A stretch of DNA of 64,000 nucleotides, taken from contig JACPUH010000002.1 of NCBI GenBank assembly GCA_016192345.1, forward strand, positions 8,875-72,874, given 5' to 3'. The stretch's first letter is position 1. Every line of letters starts with the position of its first letter. Below, in pieces: positions 9,466 through 18,343 of the stretch. The notes below the pieces were generated by a model, which saw nothing but the letters and a program-made list of their open reading frames with translations, was not told where the DNA came from and did not search any database. Both the position numbers and the translations under genes were made by a program. Source of the DNA: Ignavibacteriales bacterium. GTDB taxonomy: Bacteria; Bacteroidota; Ignavibacteria; UBA10030.

Positions 9466-10608
9466 TCAGTTCGAAGTGTGCTTGGCAAATCCTGAAACCA
9501 GATGCGACAATTGGGACGGCTTAAGATCAAAAACTTTCGCGACCGCTTCGTTCGTGCAATTGCCGTCGTAGGTGCATACACCTTTACCAAGGCCCTGGTC
9601 GTTCCGGAGCGCGTTCACGAGCCCTCCTTCCGTGATCTCCAGGAGATACGGGAGCAACGCGTTCGTCAGCGCGGCGGTCGCCGTCCGTGCGACGGATGCG
9701 GTCATATTGGGGACACAATAGTGGATCACGCCGTGACGGACAAATACCGGATCGGCGATCAACGTGGGCCTGCTTGTTTCAACGCACCCTCCCTGGTCGA
9801 TGGAGGCATCGACGATAACCGAACCGACCTTCATATCCCGCACCATGGTTTCGGTCACAACATGAGGAGCCTTTTCTCCCTTTAAGAGAACCGCCCCAAC
9901 CACCAGATCTGCAAACCGGACAGCCTTGGCGATATTGGGTTTTGTGGCCATCGCCGTGGTAATGCGCCACTGGAACAGATGCTCAAGCTCGCGCAACCTG
10001 GAGACTTCCTTGTCCAGCACGGTAACGTTTGCCCCCATACCCAACGCCACGCGGGCCGACGTCCTACCAACGGTCCCGGCACCAAGGATCACAACGGACG
10101 CAGGAGGAACCCCCGGCACGCTGCCAAGGAGAATCCCGCGGCCGCCATCCCGTCCTTGCAAATGATGCGCACCGACCTGGACAGCAAGCTGACCGGCGAT
10201 TTCGCTCATCACCTGCAGCACCGAAAGAACGCCGGCGGCGTTCTCAATCAACTCATAACTGATCCCCGTGACTCTCCGGTTCAACAGGATCTCGATGAGC
10301 CGACGCTGGGAAACGGCAAGATGCAGGAACGAAAGCAAGACCTGTCCCTGGCTGAACATGCTCAACTCAAAATCGGTGGGCGGCGAGACCTTCAAAACTA
10401 TTTGTGACCGCGTGATGACTTCCTCCGCACTGTAACTGATCAGGGCCCCGGCATCCCTGTATTCTTCATCCTGGAAGAGCGCGGACGAGCCGGCCTGTTT
10501 TTCGATATACACTGTATTGCCCGCCCCTATGAGCGTTTGCACGCCGACGGGAGAGAGGGCAACCCGTCGCTCGTTCACGCCGTCTTCCTTGAGAATTCCG
10601 ATGTCCAT
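9466..10608 (-). CDS. ald: Alanine dehydrogenase family (AlaDH/PNT) protein, divergent
   Basis: ERRVALSP, FLHLA, MSEIAGQLAV, ILGAGTVG, SIDQGGCVETS, HYCVPNM; but the usual KVKEP is KVSPP (see findings). Confidence 0.75.
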   Translation of the reverse strand: MDIGILKEDGVNERRVALSPVGVQTLIGAGNTVYIEKQAGSSALFQDEEYRDAGALISYSAEEVITRSQIVLKVSPPTDFELSMFSQGQVLLSFLHLAVSQRRLIEILLNRRVTGISYELIENAAGVLSVLQVMSEIAGQLAVQVGAHHLQGRDGGRGILLGSVPGVPPASVVILGAGTVGRTSARVALGMGANVTVLDKEVSRLRELEHLFQWRITTAMATKPNIAKAVRFADLVVGAVLLKGEKAPHVVTETMVRDMKVGSVIVDASIDQGGCVETSRPTLIADPVFVRHGVIHYCVPNMTASVARTATAALTNALLPYLLEITEGGLVNALRNDQGLGKGVCTYDGNCTNEAVAKVFDLKPSQLSHLVSGFAKHTSN

Positions 10609-10657
10609 ACGATTCCTTCAGTCGTGGTCTTGGTTGATGGAAAGTGTACCGGAAGGG

Positions 10658-10672
10658 TCAAAAAGCGTGCCG
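10658..10672 (-). promoter_or_regulatory. Weak candidate sigma54 element upstream of ald
   Basis: Minus strand CGGCAC-GCTTT-TTGA; -24 half good, -12 is GA rather than GC; 50 nt before the ATG. Confidence 0.25.
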
Positions 10673-10775
10673 TTTGGAGTGGCAAAACCTACACGGATAG
10701 AAACGAATTTGCAGGAGCCCGGCTCCGGGGATTCGCAGAACTGAGAAATCTTCGGGGGAGGTTCTCAAAGGGCGG

Positions 10776-10807
10776 AAAGAAAAGAGCCGCAGAGAAAGCC
10801 CTGCGGC
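10776..10807 (-). terminator. Rho-independent terminator after ccmF
   Basis: GCCGCAG/CTGCGGC stem (10786-10792/10801-10807) followed by TCTTTTCTTT on the minus strand. Confidence 0.6.
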
Positions 10808-10858
10808 CCCGGACCATGGGATCCCATGATCATATCCATCATTACTCAGCGGAGTGGT

Positions 10859-13186
10859 TCAGGCAAATTCCTTTTCCTGCACCGGCTTGGATTTCCCGTT
10901 CCCCCGATCACCCTCACGATGGTTTTTTATTCCCGCCTCGAGCCGTGCCGTCCGCACTTTGCTGACGATGGACAGGAACAGGCCGATGGAAATCAATGTT
11001 GCCGCGACCCATATCAGACTGATGAAGGGCTTGATGCTCGCCTCGATGACAAGCATCTCCGGTCCGGCAGCTTCTTCCGCGTGATCATCCAACCCTGCAA
11101 CCTCAACCTGGATGGAGGAGGTCTTGTTCTCGGGATTAATATTCATGCTCAGCATGGAAAATCCGGTTTTCCCATCCTTCAGCACAGCCGGTTTCACTTC
11201 GGGCTGTTGACCCTCCTTGTACAAGGTCACCGCGGTCACGGTTTCCTTCTTGCCGTCGCGCACAACCTCGAGAACGGCTCCCACGGGAAATCCGCTCGCC
11301 CCTCCCATCATACCTTCCATCCCGTGCTGGTTCATCTCGAAACGGACGAACGTGACCGACATATCACCGATCCTTGTGGCAACACCTTTGGAAAGGTCGA
11401 ACGCATGGTGTTCGTGACCTCCGGCGGTCGCCCGCTCCACCGAGACGGGCTCGATGTAGAAATCCTTCGTCATAAAACTCGCGTAATCCGGATTCCTCAT
11501 GATCTGGTCATTGTAGCTGCTCTTGAACATCACCGGTTCCAGGAGAAACGATCCGCCTTCACGGTCGGCCTTGACGAGAAATTTCCATTTTCCATTCTCC
11601 GTCGGTTGGGAGCCGGTATACGTCAACGTGTAGCCGAGGACCTCCTTCGGCTGACCCTGAGTCAGGGATGTCGTCTCTTTCTGTCCGTAGAATCCTGAAC
11701 CGATGATGCCGAGGAACAGGAGGGCAAGACCGATGTGCGCCATCGGCCCGCCAATCATGAACCAACCCTGTTTGCTTAATCGGTAGCCATGCGTAAGGTT
11801 CACAAAGAATGCAAAGAGGGAAGCAAACGCCAGGAGAGCCATCGACCATTCGTCCAGACCGCTCAACAGGAGGCCGAGGAGAACGAGCCCGGAGGCCCCG
11901 AGGGCAAAGGATGCGCGTTTCATGAGGCCATGTGCCGATTCCTGCCGCCACAGGACCAGGAGGCTGATCCCGAGCACGAAGGCAAGAGCAATGGCTATCG
12001 GCAGGTTCATCCGATCGTAGAACGACGGCTCCACAGTCGAGTTACCGACGATCGGCCAGCTCGTCCCGAAGAAAATAATGATTGCGCTTGCCGCGAGCAC
12101 GGCCGTCATGATGGAGATCAACGATTCGCGGGTCATCATACCAACCTTGCCGGCGAGCGGTTTCAGTTCAGTCCAACGCCGGGCAAGCAGCCCGAAACCA
12201 AGTCCTGCAACGCCCAACAGCCAGGCAACCAGGAGGGTATAGACAAACGATCCCGGATCGGTAAAGGAATGAACGGACGCGGATCCGAGAACACCGCTGC
12301 GGGTAAGAAACGTGCTGTAGACAATGAGGGAGAATGTCAGGATTGCCAGAAAGAAATTGGTGCGCGCAAGATTCCCGGTGAGCTTCTGTACCACGAGTGT
12401 GTGGAGCAGTGCCACGCCGGTGATCCAAGGAATCAACGAGGAATTTTCGACCGGATCCCATCCCCACCATCCTCCCCACCCCAACACGCCATAGGCCCAG
12501 TATCCGCCGATCATGATACCGGCTCCCAGCCAGAGAACGCCGAAAAGGACCCAGGGCAAAGCCTTGGGGATCCACTCACGGAAGGTCTTCTTCCAGAGCG
12601 CCGCAACAGCGAAGCAGAATGGAACCTCCATGGCTGCAAATCCGACGAACAGGACAGGGGGATGGATGATCATCCAGAAATTTTGGAGCAACGGGTTCAG
12701 CCCCTTGCCATCCGCCGGTATCGCCCCAACGGCCATCTGTTCGGGATAGGCATCCCAGATATATTGAAAGGGGGATTTTACAATCAACAGCAACAAGAGG
12801 AACGCCTGAACAAATCCGTACACGGCCATGACTTCAAATTCGACCTTTTGCCGTTGAGTGTATCGCTGCAAGCCGATTCCGATCAGTGTGCTGCACAGGG
12901 CCCAGAACAGGAAGCTCCCCTCCTGCCCGGCCCAGAACGTTGTGATGAGAAGGTGGCTCGGAAGGTCACGGGAACTGTAGCTCCAGATGTAACCATATTC
13001 GAATTGATGACGCAGGATATACATCATCAGCAGAACGGACACCGCCACCACTCCGCCGGCCATAAAGAGAAAGCTTCTCCGCGCCAGGGGTACCAGCATC
13101 TTTCTCGTTGTCGCGCTTTGATAGTATGCGTACGTGGACACGAGGGCTGCCGCAAACGCCATCCAGATAATTACCGTTGCTATCAT
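10859..13186 (-). CDS. ccmF: Cytochrome c biogenesis heme lyase CcmF (System I)
   Basis: FWAGQEGSFLFW, GLNPLLQNFWMIIHPP, WWD motif WAYGVLGWGGWWGWDPVENSSLIPW, TFLTRSG...SVHSF; many TM helices. Confidence 0.95.
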   Translation of the reverse strand: MIATVIIWMAFAAALVSTYAYYQSATTRKMLVPLARRSFLFMAGGVVAVSVLLMMYILRHQFEYGYIWSYSSRDLPSHLLITTFWAGQEGSFLFWALCSTLIGIGLQRYTQRQKVEFEVMAVYGFVQAFLLLLLIVKSPFQYIWDAYPEQMAVGAIPADGKGLNPLLQNFWMIIHPPVLFVGFAAMEVPFCFAVAALWKKTFREWIPKALPWVLFGVLWLGAGIMIGGYWAYGVLGWGGWWGWDPVENSSLIPWITGVALLHTLVVQKLTGNLARTNFFLAILTFSLIVYSTFLTRSGVLGSASVHSFTDPGSFVYTLLVAWLLGVAGLGFGLLARRWTELKPLAGKVGMMTRESLISIMTAVLAASAIIIFFGTSWPIVGNSTVEPSFYDRMNLPIAIALAFVLGISLLVLWRQESAHGLMKRASFALGASGLVLLGLLLSGLDEWSMALLAFASLFAFFVNLTHGYRLSKQGWFMIGGPMAHIGLALLFLGIIGSGFYGQKETTSLTQGQPKEVLGYTLTYTGSQPTENGKWKFLVKADREGGSFLLEPVMFKSSYNDQIMRNPDYASFMTKDFYIEPVSVERATAGGHEHHAFDLSKGVATRIGDMSVTFVRFEMNQHGMEGMMGGASGFPVGAVLEVVRDGKKETVTAVTLYKEGQQPEVKPAVLKDGKTGFSMLSMNINPENKTSSIQVEVAGLDDHAEEAAGPEMLVIEASIKPFISLIWVAATLISIGLFLSIVSKVRTARLEAGIKNHREGDRGNGKSKPVQEKEFA

Positions 13187-13230
13187 GATTCTCCTTCAAT
13201 AAAGAATAGTGTTGTGATATGTCCCTCTAA

Positions 13231-13246
13231 AGCAATCTTTATGCCA
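13231..13246 (-). promoter_or_regulatory. Sigma54 -24/-12 promoter of ccmF
   Basis: Minus strand TGGCAT-AAAGA-TTGCT, consensus spacing, about 46 nt before ATG 13186. Confidence 0.75.
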
Positions 13247-13420
13247 TTATCGTATGGGCATCCCTGGATATTCAGTCAGGAATCGCTGATTTCGGAATCA
13301 CGTAAAGTGGTTGTGCAGAAGCTTTTGGTTCTTTTTTTTCAGAAGTAGGAAATCTTATCAGTTTGTCTCACATGTCGGAACGTGCTTCAAGTCGTATTGC
13401 CAATCCGACTCAAAAGGGGC

Positions 13421-13453
13421 AAAAAAAAGGGAGGCGGTTTCCCGTCTCCCTTT
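13421..13453 (-). terminator. Rho-independent terminator ending the porin-cytochrome operon
   Basis: Minus strand AAAGGGAGACGG-GAAA-CCGCCTCCCTTTTTTTT (one mismatch in the stem), starting 21 nt after the stop at 13475. Confidence 0.7.
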
Positions 13454-13474
13454 CAAGTGAAATCGATAAGGGGG

Positions 13475-14668
13475 TTACGGCTTCCTCATTTCTTCGATGG
13501 AGTCGTTGAGCAACTGAATGGCGTACTGCGGATTATGAATGCCCCCGCTCTTATCGTGTTCGATGAAGAAATAGTTGTACAGAGCGCCGGCCTTGCGAAG
13601 TCCTGCAGGCCCGACGAAAGTCCGCGGACTCGAGCTGCTGGCGCTTGAGGTTCCGTTGTTAGCCTGGACCAACCCGCTGGAACTGAGGATGCCTTTCGCC
13701 TGCAACAGCGTCGCCAGAGTGTCCAGGTATTCGTGGACATATTTATGGGCGCCCATGCCACCTGTCAGTGTACCCGAGGTTCCAACGTAGGTGTCCACAT
13801 TCATGGTGGCATGACATCCGGACTGGCGACAGCCGTTGGTGTTGTAGGCAGTCGTTGTGCCGGAGGGATATCCAATCACGTTCGTATGGCCACCGTTGCC
13901 TCCAGAAACAGGCTGCGCCATATGGCAGGTGGGACATCCACTCTGGGTGATTCCAGACTGCGTGGAGTGCGGTGAATTCACATAGGCCTTGCCCGGAAAT
14001 TCAAAGCCTCCCCCCTTCCCGGCTCCCAGGAACATCAGACCCTGCACACCATAGTGCGGATACCACCGGTTCGTAGTGATTTTGAGTGTATCAGTCGCAC
14101 CCGCGGTCGTCTTCATCTTGGGTGTGAAGCCCGACGAGCGGGGTTGATGGCAGTTCAGGCAAATATTTCCCTTGCCTAAATTGATCGTCTGGTCGGAGAT
14201 CCCTTCCATCGGAGACCAGAGAACAACGCTGGCTTCCGTCCGACGTGAGAAGTCCCCCTTCGAGTGTGGGGAATGACAGGCAAAGCATCCCACCGGGGAG
14301 GGCCTGTACTGGTTTGTCACCACGCTCCAAACCGCCGGCAAAGATTGGGGAGGGAAGCCCGCCTTGGCCCTCTGGACGAATCCTTCGGATGTATGGCAAC
14401 CCGAGCATGGGGCAGTGTTGCGGTCGTCAAACGTTCCGCCGGTGACATGGCCTGCCTGCGCCCATTGGTATTTTACCGCCCAGACATAGTAGGTCGTATC
14501 GATGTCCGGATTGTGGCAATTGCCGCAGTTAATCCCGGGAGCAAACCCTTCGAGATTCACGACCGTTGATTCACCTGACGGTCCTTGCGGCCCTTCCGGT
14601 CCGCGGCAAGCGGACAATGCCATCAGGACCACCGCCACCGTCGAAAGAGCAAGAAATCGTTGAGTCAT
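13475..14668 (-). CDS. Hexaheme lipoprotein cytochrome c (ExtD-like outer-membrane component)
   Basis: Lipobox LSAC, collagen-like GPEGPQGPSG linker, CGNCH, CSGCH, CFACH, CLNCH, CPTCH plus CRQSGCH (CX4CH), C-terminal GIHNP. Confidence 0.85.
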   Translation of the reverse strand: MTQRFLALSTVAVVLMALSACRGPEGPQGPSGESTVVNLEGFAPGINCGNCHNPDIDTTYYVWAVKYQWAQAGHVTGGTFDDRNTAPCSGCHTSEGFVQRAKAGFPPQSLPAVWSVVTNQYRPSPVGCFACHSPHSKGDFSRRTEASVVLWSPMEGISDQTINLGKGNICLNCHQPRSSGFTPKMKTTAGATDTLKITTNRWYPHYGVQGLMFLGAGKGGGFEFPGKAYVNSPHSTQSGITQSGCPTCHMAQPVSGGNGGHTNVIGYPSGTTTAYNTNGCRQSGCHATMNVDTYVGTSGTLTGGMGAHKYVHEYLDTLATLLQAKGILSSSGLVQANNGTSSASSSSPRTFVGPAGLRKAGALYNYFFIEHDKSGGIHNPQYAIQLLNDSIEEMRKP

Positions 14669-14698
14669 ATTGTTTCCTCCTGAGCAATACCGTTCAGA

Positions 14699-15583
14699 TT
14701 AAAATTCAAACTCGCCTGTCCCGATACTGATCTTTCCGTTGATGTGTTTGTTGGTGTTAATAATTTTCATCGATGCATCGACCACCTCTTCGTGGCAACG
14801 GCTGCATGGGGTTGTTGCAAAATCATAAACGGGATGCGTCCCACCCTGGGCCGTCGTTTTTGGCAAAGCCCGCTCTGCCAAGGTCGGCTTCGTCACATCC
14901 CCGTGACAGGTTCCGCAGGCCGCTTGCGTCCCGGAGACATCATTCCAGACCGGAGCAAAATTATTGCCGTTCCTGAAATTCCCGTGGCAATAGGTGTTGG
15001 AACATTTGAGGGTCTGTGGGTCATAGGACGGAGCAGGGGTAGGCTGCGGGAGATACGACCTCGCGAACAGAATATCGGCAGGTGTAACGACTCCGGCGGC
15101 ATCAATGTGACCGGGCGAAGAGACGGACGAAGGAACGGCATGACATTCCGTGCAAGGAGCATTCCTGGAGATTGCGCCCCCCAGCAAGTGCAGCTGGTGC
15201 GCCCCAACAGCCCGGGCCGTGCGCGCGGTATTCCTGCTCAGGTCGCGCGGGGGAGCCGGGTTCACCGTTCCATGGCAGGTGGAACAATTTTCCGGGCCGG
15301 CCGCGTTGGTATGGCATGTCAGGCACGAAGTCTGTGCAATGCCGCCGTCATACCGGGAACCATGACATGTCTGGCAACGCTTCATATCCCAACCCTGGCT
15401 CCGGATTTCCATCCCGTGAAAGTTGGCCGATGCGGGTGTCGTCCAGCCGTCGGGATGCACCTGCAATTCCCCCGTGGAGGGGGCCGGCAGATCCGTCTTC
15501 AGTTCACTGCAGCCGGTCAATCCGAAGGCCACGACAAGCGCCAGAAGGACACCGGAGAGACACACTCTATGCATGCTTTTCAT
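14699..15583 (-). CDS. Heptaheme lipoprotein cytochrome c with Geobacter-type CxxxxCH...CxxCH domain
   Basis: Lipobox LTGC; CQTCH, CLTCH, CSTCH, CTECH, CSNTYCH, CGTCH, CSRCH; CSNTYCH...W...CGTCH and H.NG.I match the CxxxxCH/CxxCH repeat style. Confidence 0.85.
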   Translation of the reverse strand: MKSMHRVCLSGVLLALVVAFGLTGCSELKTDLPAPSTGELQVHPDGWTTPASANFHGMEIRSQGWDMKRCQTCHGSRYDGGIAQTSCLTCHTNAAGPENCSTCHGTVNPAPPRDLSRNTARTARAVGAHQLHLLGGAISRNAPCTECHAVPSSVSSPGHIDAAGVVTPADILFARSYLPQPTPAPSYDPQTLKCSNTYCHGNFRNGNNFAPVWNDVSGTQAACGTCHGDVTKPTLAERALPKTTAQGGTHPVYDFATTPCSRCHEEVVDASMKIINTNKHINGKISIGTGEFEF

Positions 15584-15612
15584 GATCGATCTTCCAGAAC
15601 AGAAGTGACATG

Positions 15613-16851
15613 TTACTTATGGCAATATCCGCAGAAGCCCGTACCCTTCACACCCCCGACACGAGCGTTGGCATCGCTGTGACACGTAAAGCAATTGGCT
15701 CCGGGATCGCTATGCCAGTCGCCGTTCACCCCGGCCATGAATCCGCGGATGTGCGTCTTCGGATCCGTCCCTTTAAACCCGTCGGAATCCATATGGCAGG
15801 TGACACATGTCGGATCAGCGCCCTGAGCGTCATGACAGGAAGCACAGGTTTCCATGTCGCGTCGCGCCAGTTGTGCATGCAAACCGCCACCGGTTCCGAC
15901 GCCAATCGTCACGAATCCCGCCTGCTGATGCGTCGTTGGCTTGAATGTAACTTGATTGACATTTCCCCCTGCGGCGTGACACGTTGCGCAGAATTGTCGC
16001 TGACTGTGACAGGTCTGGCAATCGGCCGCTTTCCCCTGGGCCGCGATGCCGTGGGTGAAACGGAAGTTAAGATCGTGCACCTTCAGGAGCGAGGTCGATT
16101 TGCCGCGGTCCATCGTCATCAATCGGGGCGAGCGCGGAGAGATCGGGTCCCTCCCTGCCAAATCCACCTTTATGAGGTCCGTACCGTTGTGGCAATCGAT
16201 GCATGATTCCTGGGTGTGACAGCTTGCGCAGGACGCAGTGGAAAGCCGTGCGGTCTGTTTATGCTCCCGGACAAAATCAGTTCTGTTATGGTCCACCGGG
16301 CGAAGGCCCGCAAGGTCCGTATGACACGTTTCGCAGGTGTTCGAGGCCTGCACATCATTGTGACACGTATTGCACGTAGCCATGGCGGGAACGAGCGCCC
16401 CTGTGGGCATGCCTTCCTTTTCGAGATTGGTATGGCACGTGACGCAATCCATTTTTTGAACGCCGACATGCGCCTCGTGCGAAAAGACCAGCTCGCGCTG
16501 CGGACTTGCCGCCGCGGCGTAGGTGCTTTGGTCGCTGCTGGTATGGCAATAGGTGCAGTTCTGTGCCAGTTGCTCTTCGTGGCAACTCTGGCAGTTTTCT
16601 TTCTTGGCCAAGAGGTTCTCGGAAGAGAGCTTGCTCGTCGCAGCAGATTCATGGCAGGTGGCACACTCCAGGCCCGCGCCTTCCACATGCAGGGAGTGAG
16701 AGAACCTGATCGCTTTCGGTTGTTCCGGCTGGTCACCGACCTCCCTGGACTTCGTGACCATCGTGAACATAAGGGCGAGGACGCCGGAAATCATGACCAG
16801 CGCATACACCTGCTTCAGCGTCAATAGTCGGATTCGTCGGAGGATAGACAT
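15613..16851 (-). CDS. 14-heme periplasmic cytochrome c (c3-like N-terminus; ExtA-like)
   Basis: N-terminal hydrophobic signal/anchor, FSHSLH and FSHEAH c3/c7-type motifs, 14 CxxCH counted; starts 7 nt after the porin stop. Confidence 0.9.
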   Translation of the reverse strand: MSILRRIRLLTLKQVYALVMISGVLALMFTMVTKSREVGDQPEQPKAIRFSHSLHVEGAGLECATCHESAATSKLSSENLLAKKENCQSCHEEQLAQNCTYCHTSSDQSTYAAAASPQRELVFSHEAHVGVQKMDCVTCHTNLEKEGMPTGALVPAMATCNTCHNDVQASNTCETCHTDLAGLRPVDHNRTDFVREHKQTARLSTASCASCHTQESCIDCHNGTDLIKVDLAGRDPISPRSPRLMTMDRGKSTSLLKVHDLNFRFTHGIAAQGKAADCQTCHSQRQFCATCHAAGGNVNQVTFKPTTHQQAGFVTIGVGTGGGLHAQLARRDMETCASCHDAQGADPTCVTCHMDSDGFKGTDPKTHIRGFMAGVNGDWHSDPGANCFTCHSDANARVGGVKGTGFCGYCHK

Positions 16852-16858
16852 AAGGGGC

Positions 16859-18151
16859 TCAGAAAATATTCAATCGTTCGCTGACAAGAAAACTTCCGCG
16901 CACAAAAAACCTCACATCACTTTGGTAGATCGTATTCTGAATCCATTGGACCTGGGTATCGAGGCCAAGAGCGGGGACCGGCCGGAAGGCAACCCCGATG
17001 GCTGCGCTCAAGGCATCCTCAAGCTTCGAGGCAGATTCACTCAGTTTATACTTTGCATAGCTCAGCAGGAGCGACGGCGTCAGCCTGGCCTCCATCAGCG
17101 GATAGCTGACTTGGGCGGAGGCGGCGCTCAGTTCACCGGCATAGCCCACGTTCCGGGCAAGACTGACGGAAACATATTTTCCGCTCACACCCAGCGTCAC
17201 GCGGTCCGACGATTCGCCATCCCCATAGTCAACCGACCCGTATTTACCGAAGAGCTGCCATGAGGTCATCAGCGCATATTCTGCCCCCACTTCATACTCT
17301 TTCAACGTGTTGAATGTAAAAACCGAGAAGATGGAGTTGTAGGAGATGCGGGGCTCGCGCTGGAGGTATTCTCCCGTAAGACCAAGCGATTCCATCACCT
17401 TGACACGCGTAAAAAACTGGGCGCGCGCCATCTTTTCCGTATCAAAATCATAATCATAGCGGGCATACCCGGAGACAAGGTCTTCATAGTCAACGTTCAC
17501 ATCGCCGCTGAGGTAGCGCTCCGAGCTCGCCATCGGCTTGATTTCAACCAGGTACGGATTAAAGAGCGAGTCGCGTCGGTATGCGCTGTAGGGCTCCGCC
17601 TGAATTGTCCTGTTCATGTAACTGACGGAAACGCGGGCAGCCTCAAGAGGCTCTGCAACAACCTGGGCACCGGCCATCCTGTTATTGCTTTTGTCGCCGA
17701 TCATTTCCGCCTTCGATCCCGGGGGCGGAAGCGCTCCATAGTACCCGACGACCTTGAGCCTGGAATCGAGAAATTTCAGCGAAGCCAACCCACCGTCGAT
17801 GGTCCCGTTTCCCACACCTGCAAAGACCAGCTGCCGTCCGACGCTTACGTTCGCCACATCGAAAATATTGGACCATTTCAGATAGAGATTGTAGAGCCGG
17901 TACTTCGATTCTTCCGCGACGGGTCCACTGAGATCGGTAAAACCGTTGCCGTAGGCATGGAACGAAAGGTCGCCTCCGGTCAATGACAACGAGAGGGAGG
18001 TGTGACCAAAAAGATGATCGGACGAGCGGCCAACGGTGTCCTGGCGCTGCCAGGCGTAGGCCGACGTCACCACCCTGGCCTGAAAGAGCTGGGCCGAAAG
18101 GGTTGAGGTCACAAGTGCTGAAAGGATAAGGAACTGCAGGAGCCTTCGCAT
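16859..18151 (-). CDS. Outer-membrane beta-barrel, porin of a porin-cytochrome complex
   Basis: Signal peptide MRRLLQFLILSALVTSTLSA, alternating hydrophobic beta-strands, C-terminal Phe (...SERLNIF); start at ATG 18151 with GGAGA RBS; about 430 aa. Confidence 0.8.
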   Translation of the reverse strand: MRRLLQFLILSALVTSTLSAQLFQARVVTSAYAWQRQDTVGRSSDHLFGHTSLSLSLTGGDLSFHAYGNGFTDLSGPVAEESKYRLYNLYLKWSNIFDVANVSVGRQLVFAGVGNGTIDGGLASLKFLDSRLKVVGYYGALPPPGSKAEMIGDKSNNRMAGAQVVAEPLEAARVSVSYMNRTIQAEPYSAYRRDSLFNPYLVEIKPMASSERYLSGDVNVDYEDLVSGYARYDYDFDTEKMARAQFFTRVKVMESLGLTGEYLQREPRISYNSIFSVFTFNTLKEYEVGAEYALMTSWQLFGKYGSVDYGDGESSDRVTLGVSGKYVSVSLARNVGYAGELSAASAQVSYPLMEARLTPSLLLSYAKYKLSESASKLEDALSAAIGVAFRPVPALGLDTQVQWIQNTIYQSDVRFFVRGSFLVSERLNIF

Positions 18152-18192
18152 GGTCGTTTCTCCAAAAAATAGAATTCCATCCACACTCCGTT

Positions 18193-18209
18193 TACAACTG
18201 CCGTGCCGA
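18193..18209 (-). promoter_or_regulatory. Candidate sigma54 promoter of the porin-cytochrome operon
   Basis: Minus strand TCGGCAC-GGCAG-TTGTA, about 43 nt before ATG 18151; TTGTA at -12 is the variant seen in E. coli pspA. Confidence 0.5.
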
Positions 18210-18222
18210 CATGCAAAAACCG

Positions 18223-18315
18223 GGAAAACCTCCGAGGTTGTTCAAAAATTCAACAATTTTTCCGGTCCAGTGTAGACCTTTCCTACACCTAAGAAACAAC
18301 CGTGGGAGGTTTTCC
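18223..18315. other. Multi-branched inverted-repeat element between c554 and the porin
   Basis: Outer 11-bp GGAAAACCTCC/GGAGGTTTTCC, inner 7-bp GGTTGTT/AACAACC, enclosing hairpins AAAAATT-CAAC-AATTTTT and GTGTAG...CTACAC. Confidence 0.55.
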
Positions 18316-18343
18316 AGAATAGGGGAATATGGTCCGGTCCGAT

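Noticed and set aside
13475-14668. OmcS-type nanowire cytochrome (six hemes)
   Set aside because: It is a lipoprotein and its motif spacing and sequence do not resemble OmcS as I recall it; heme count alone is not evidence.
18223-18315. Cyclic-dinucleotide (GEMM) riboswitch upstream of the conduit, as found before Geobacter EET genes
   Set aside because: I could not find the GEMM core (GNRA-capped P1, ACGCAAAGC junction, receptor in P2); kept only as an unclassified structure.
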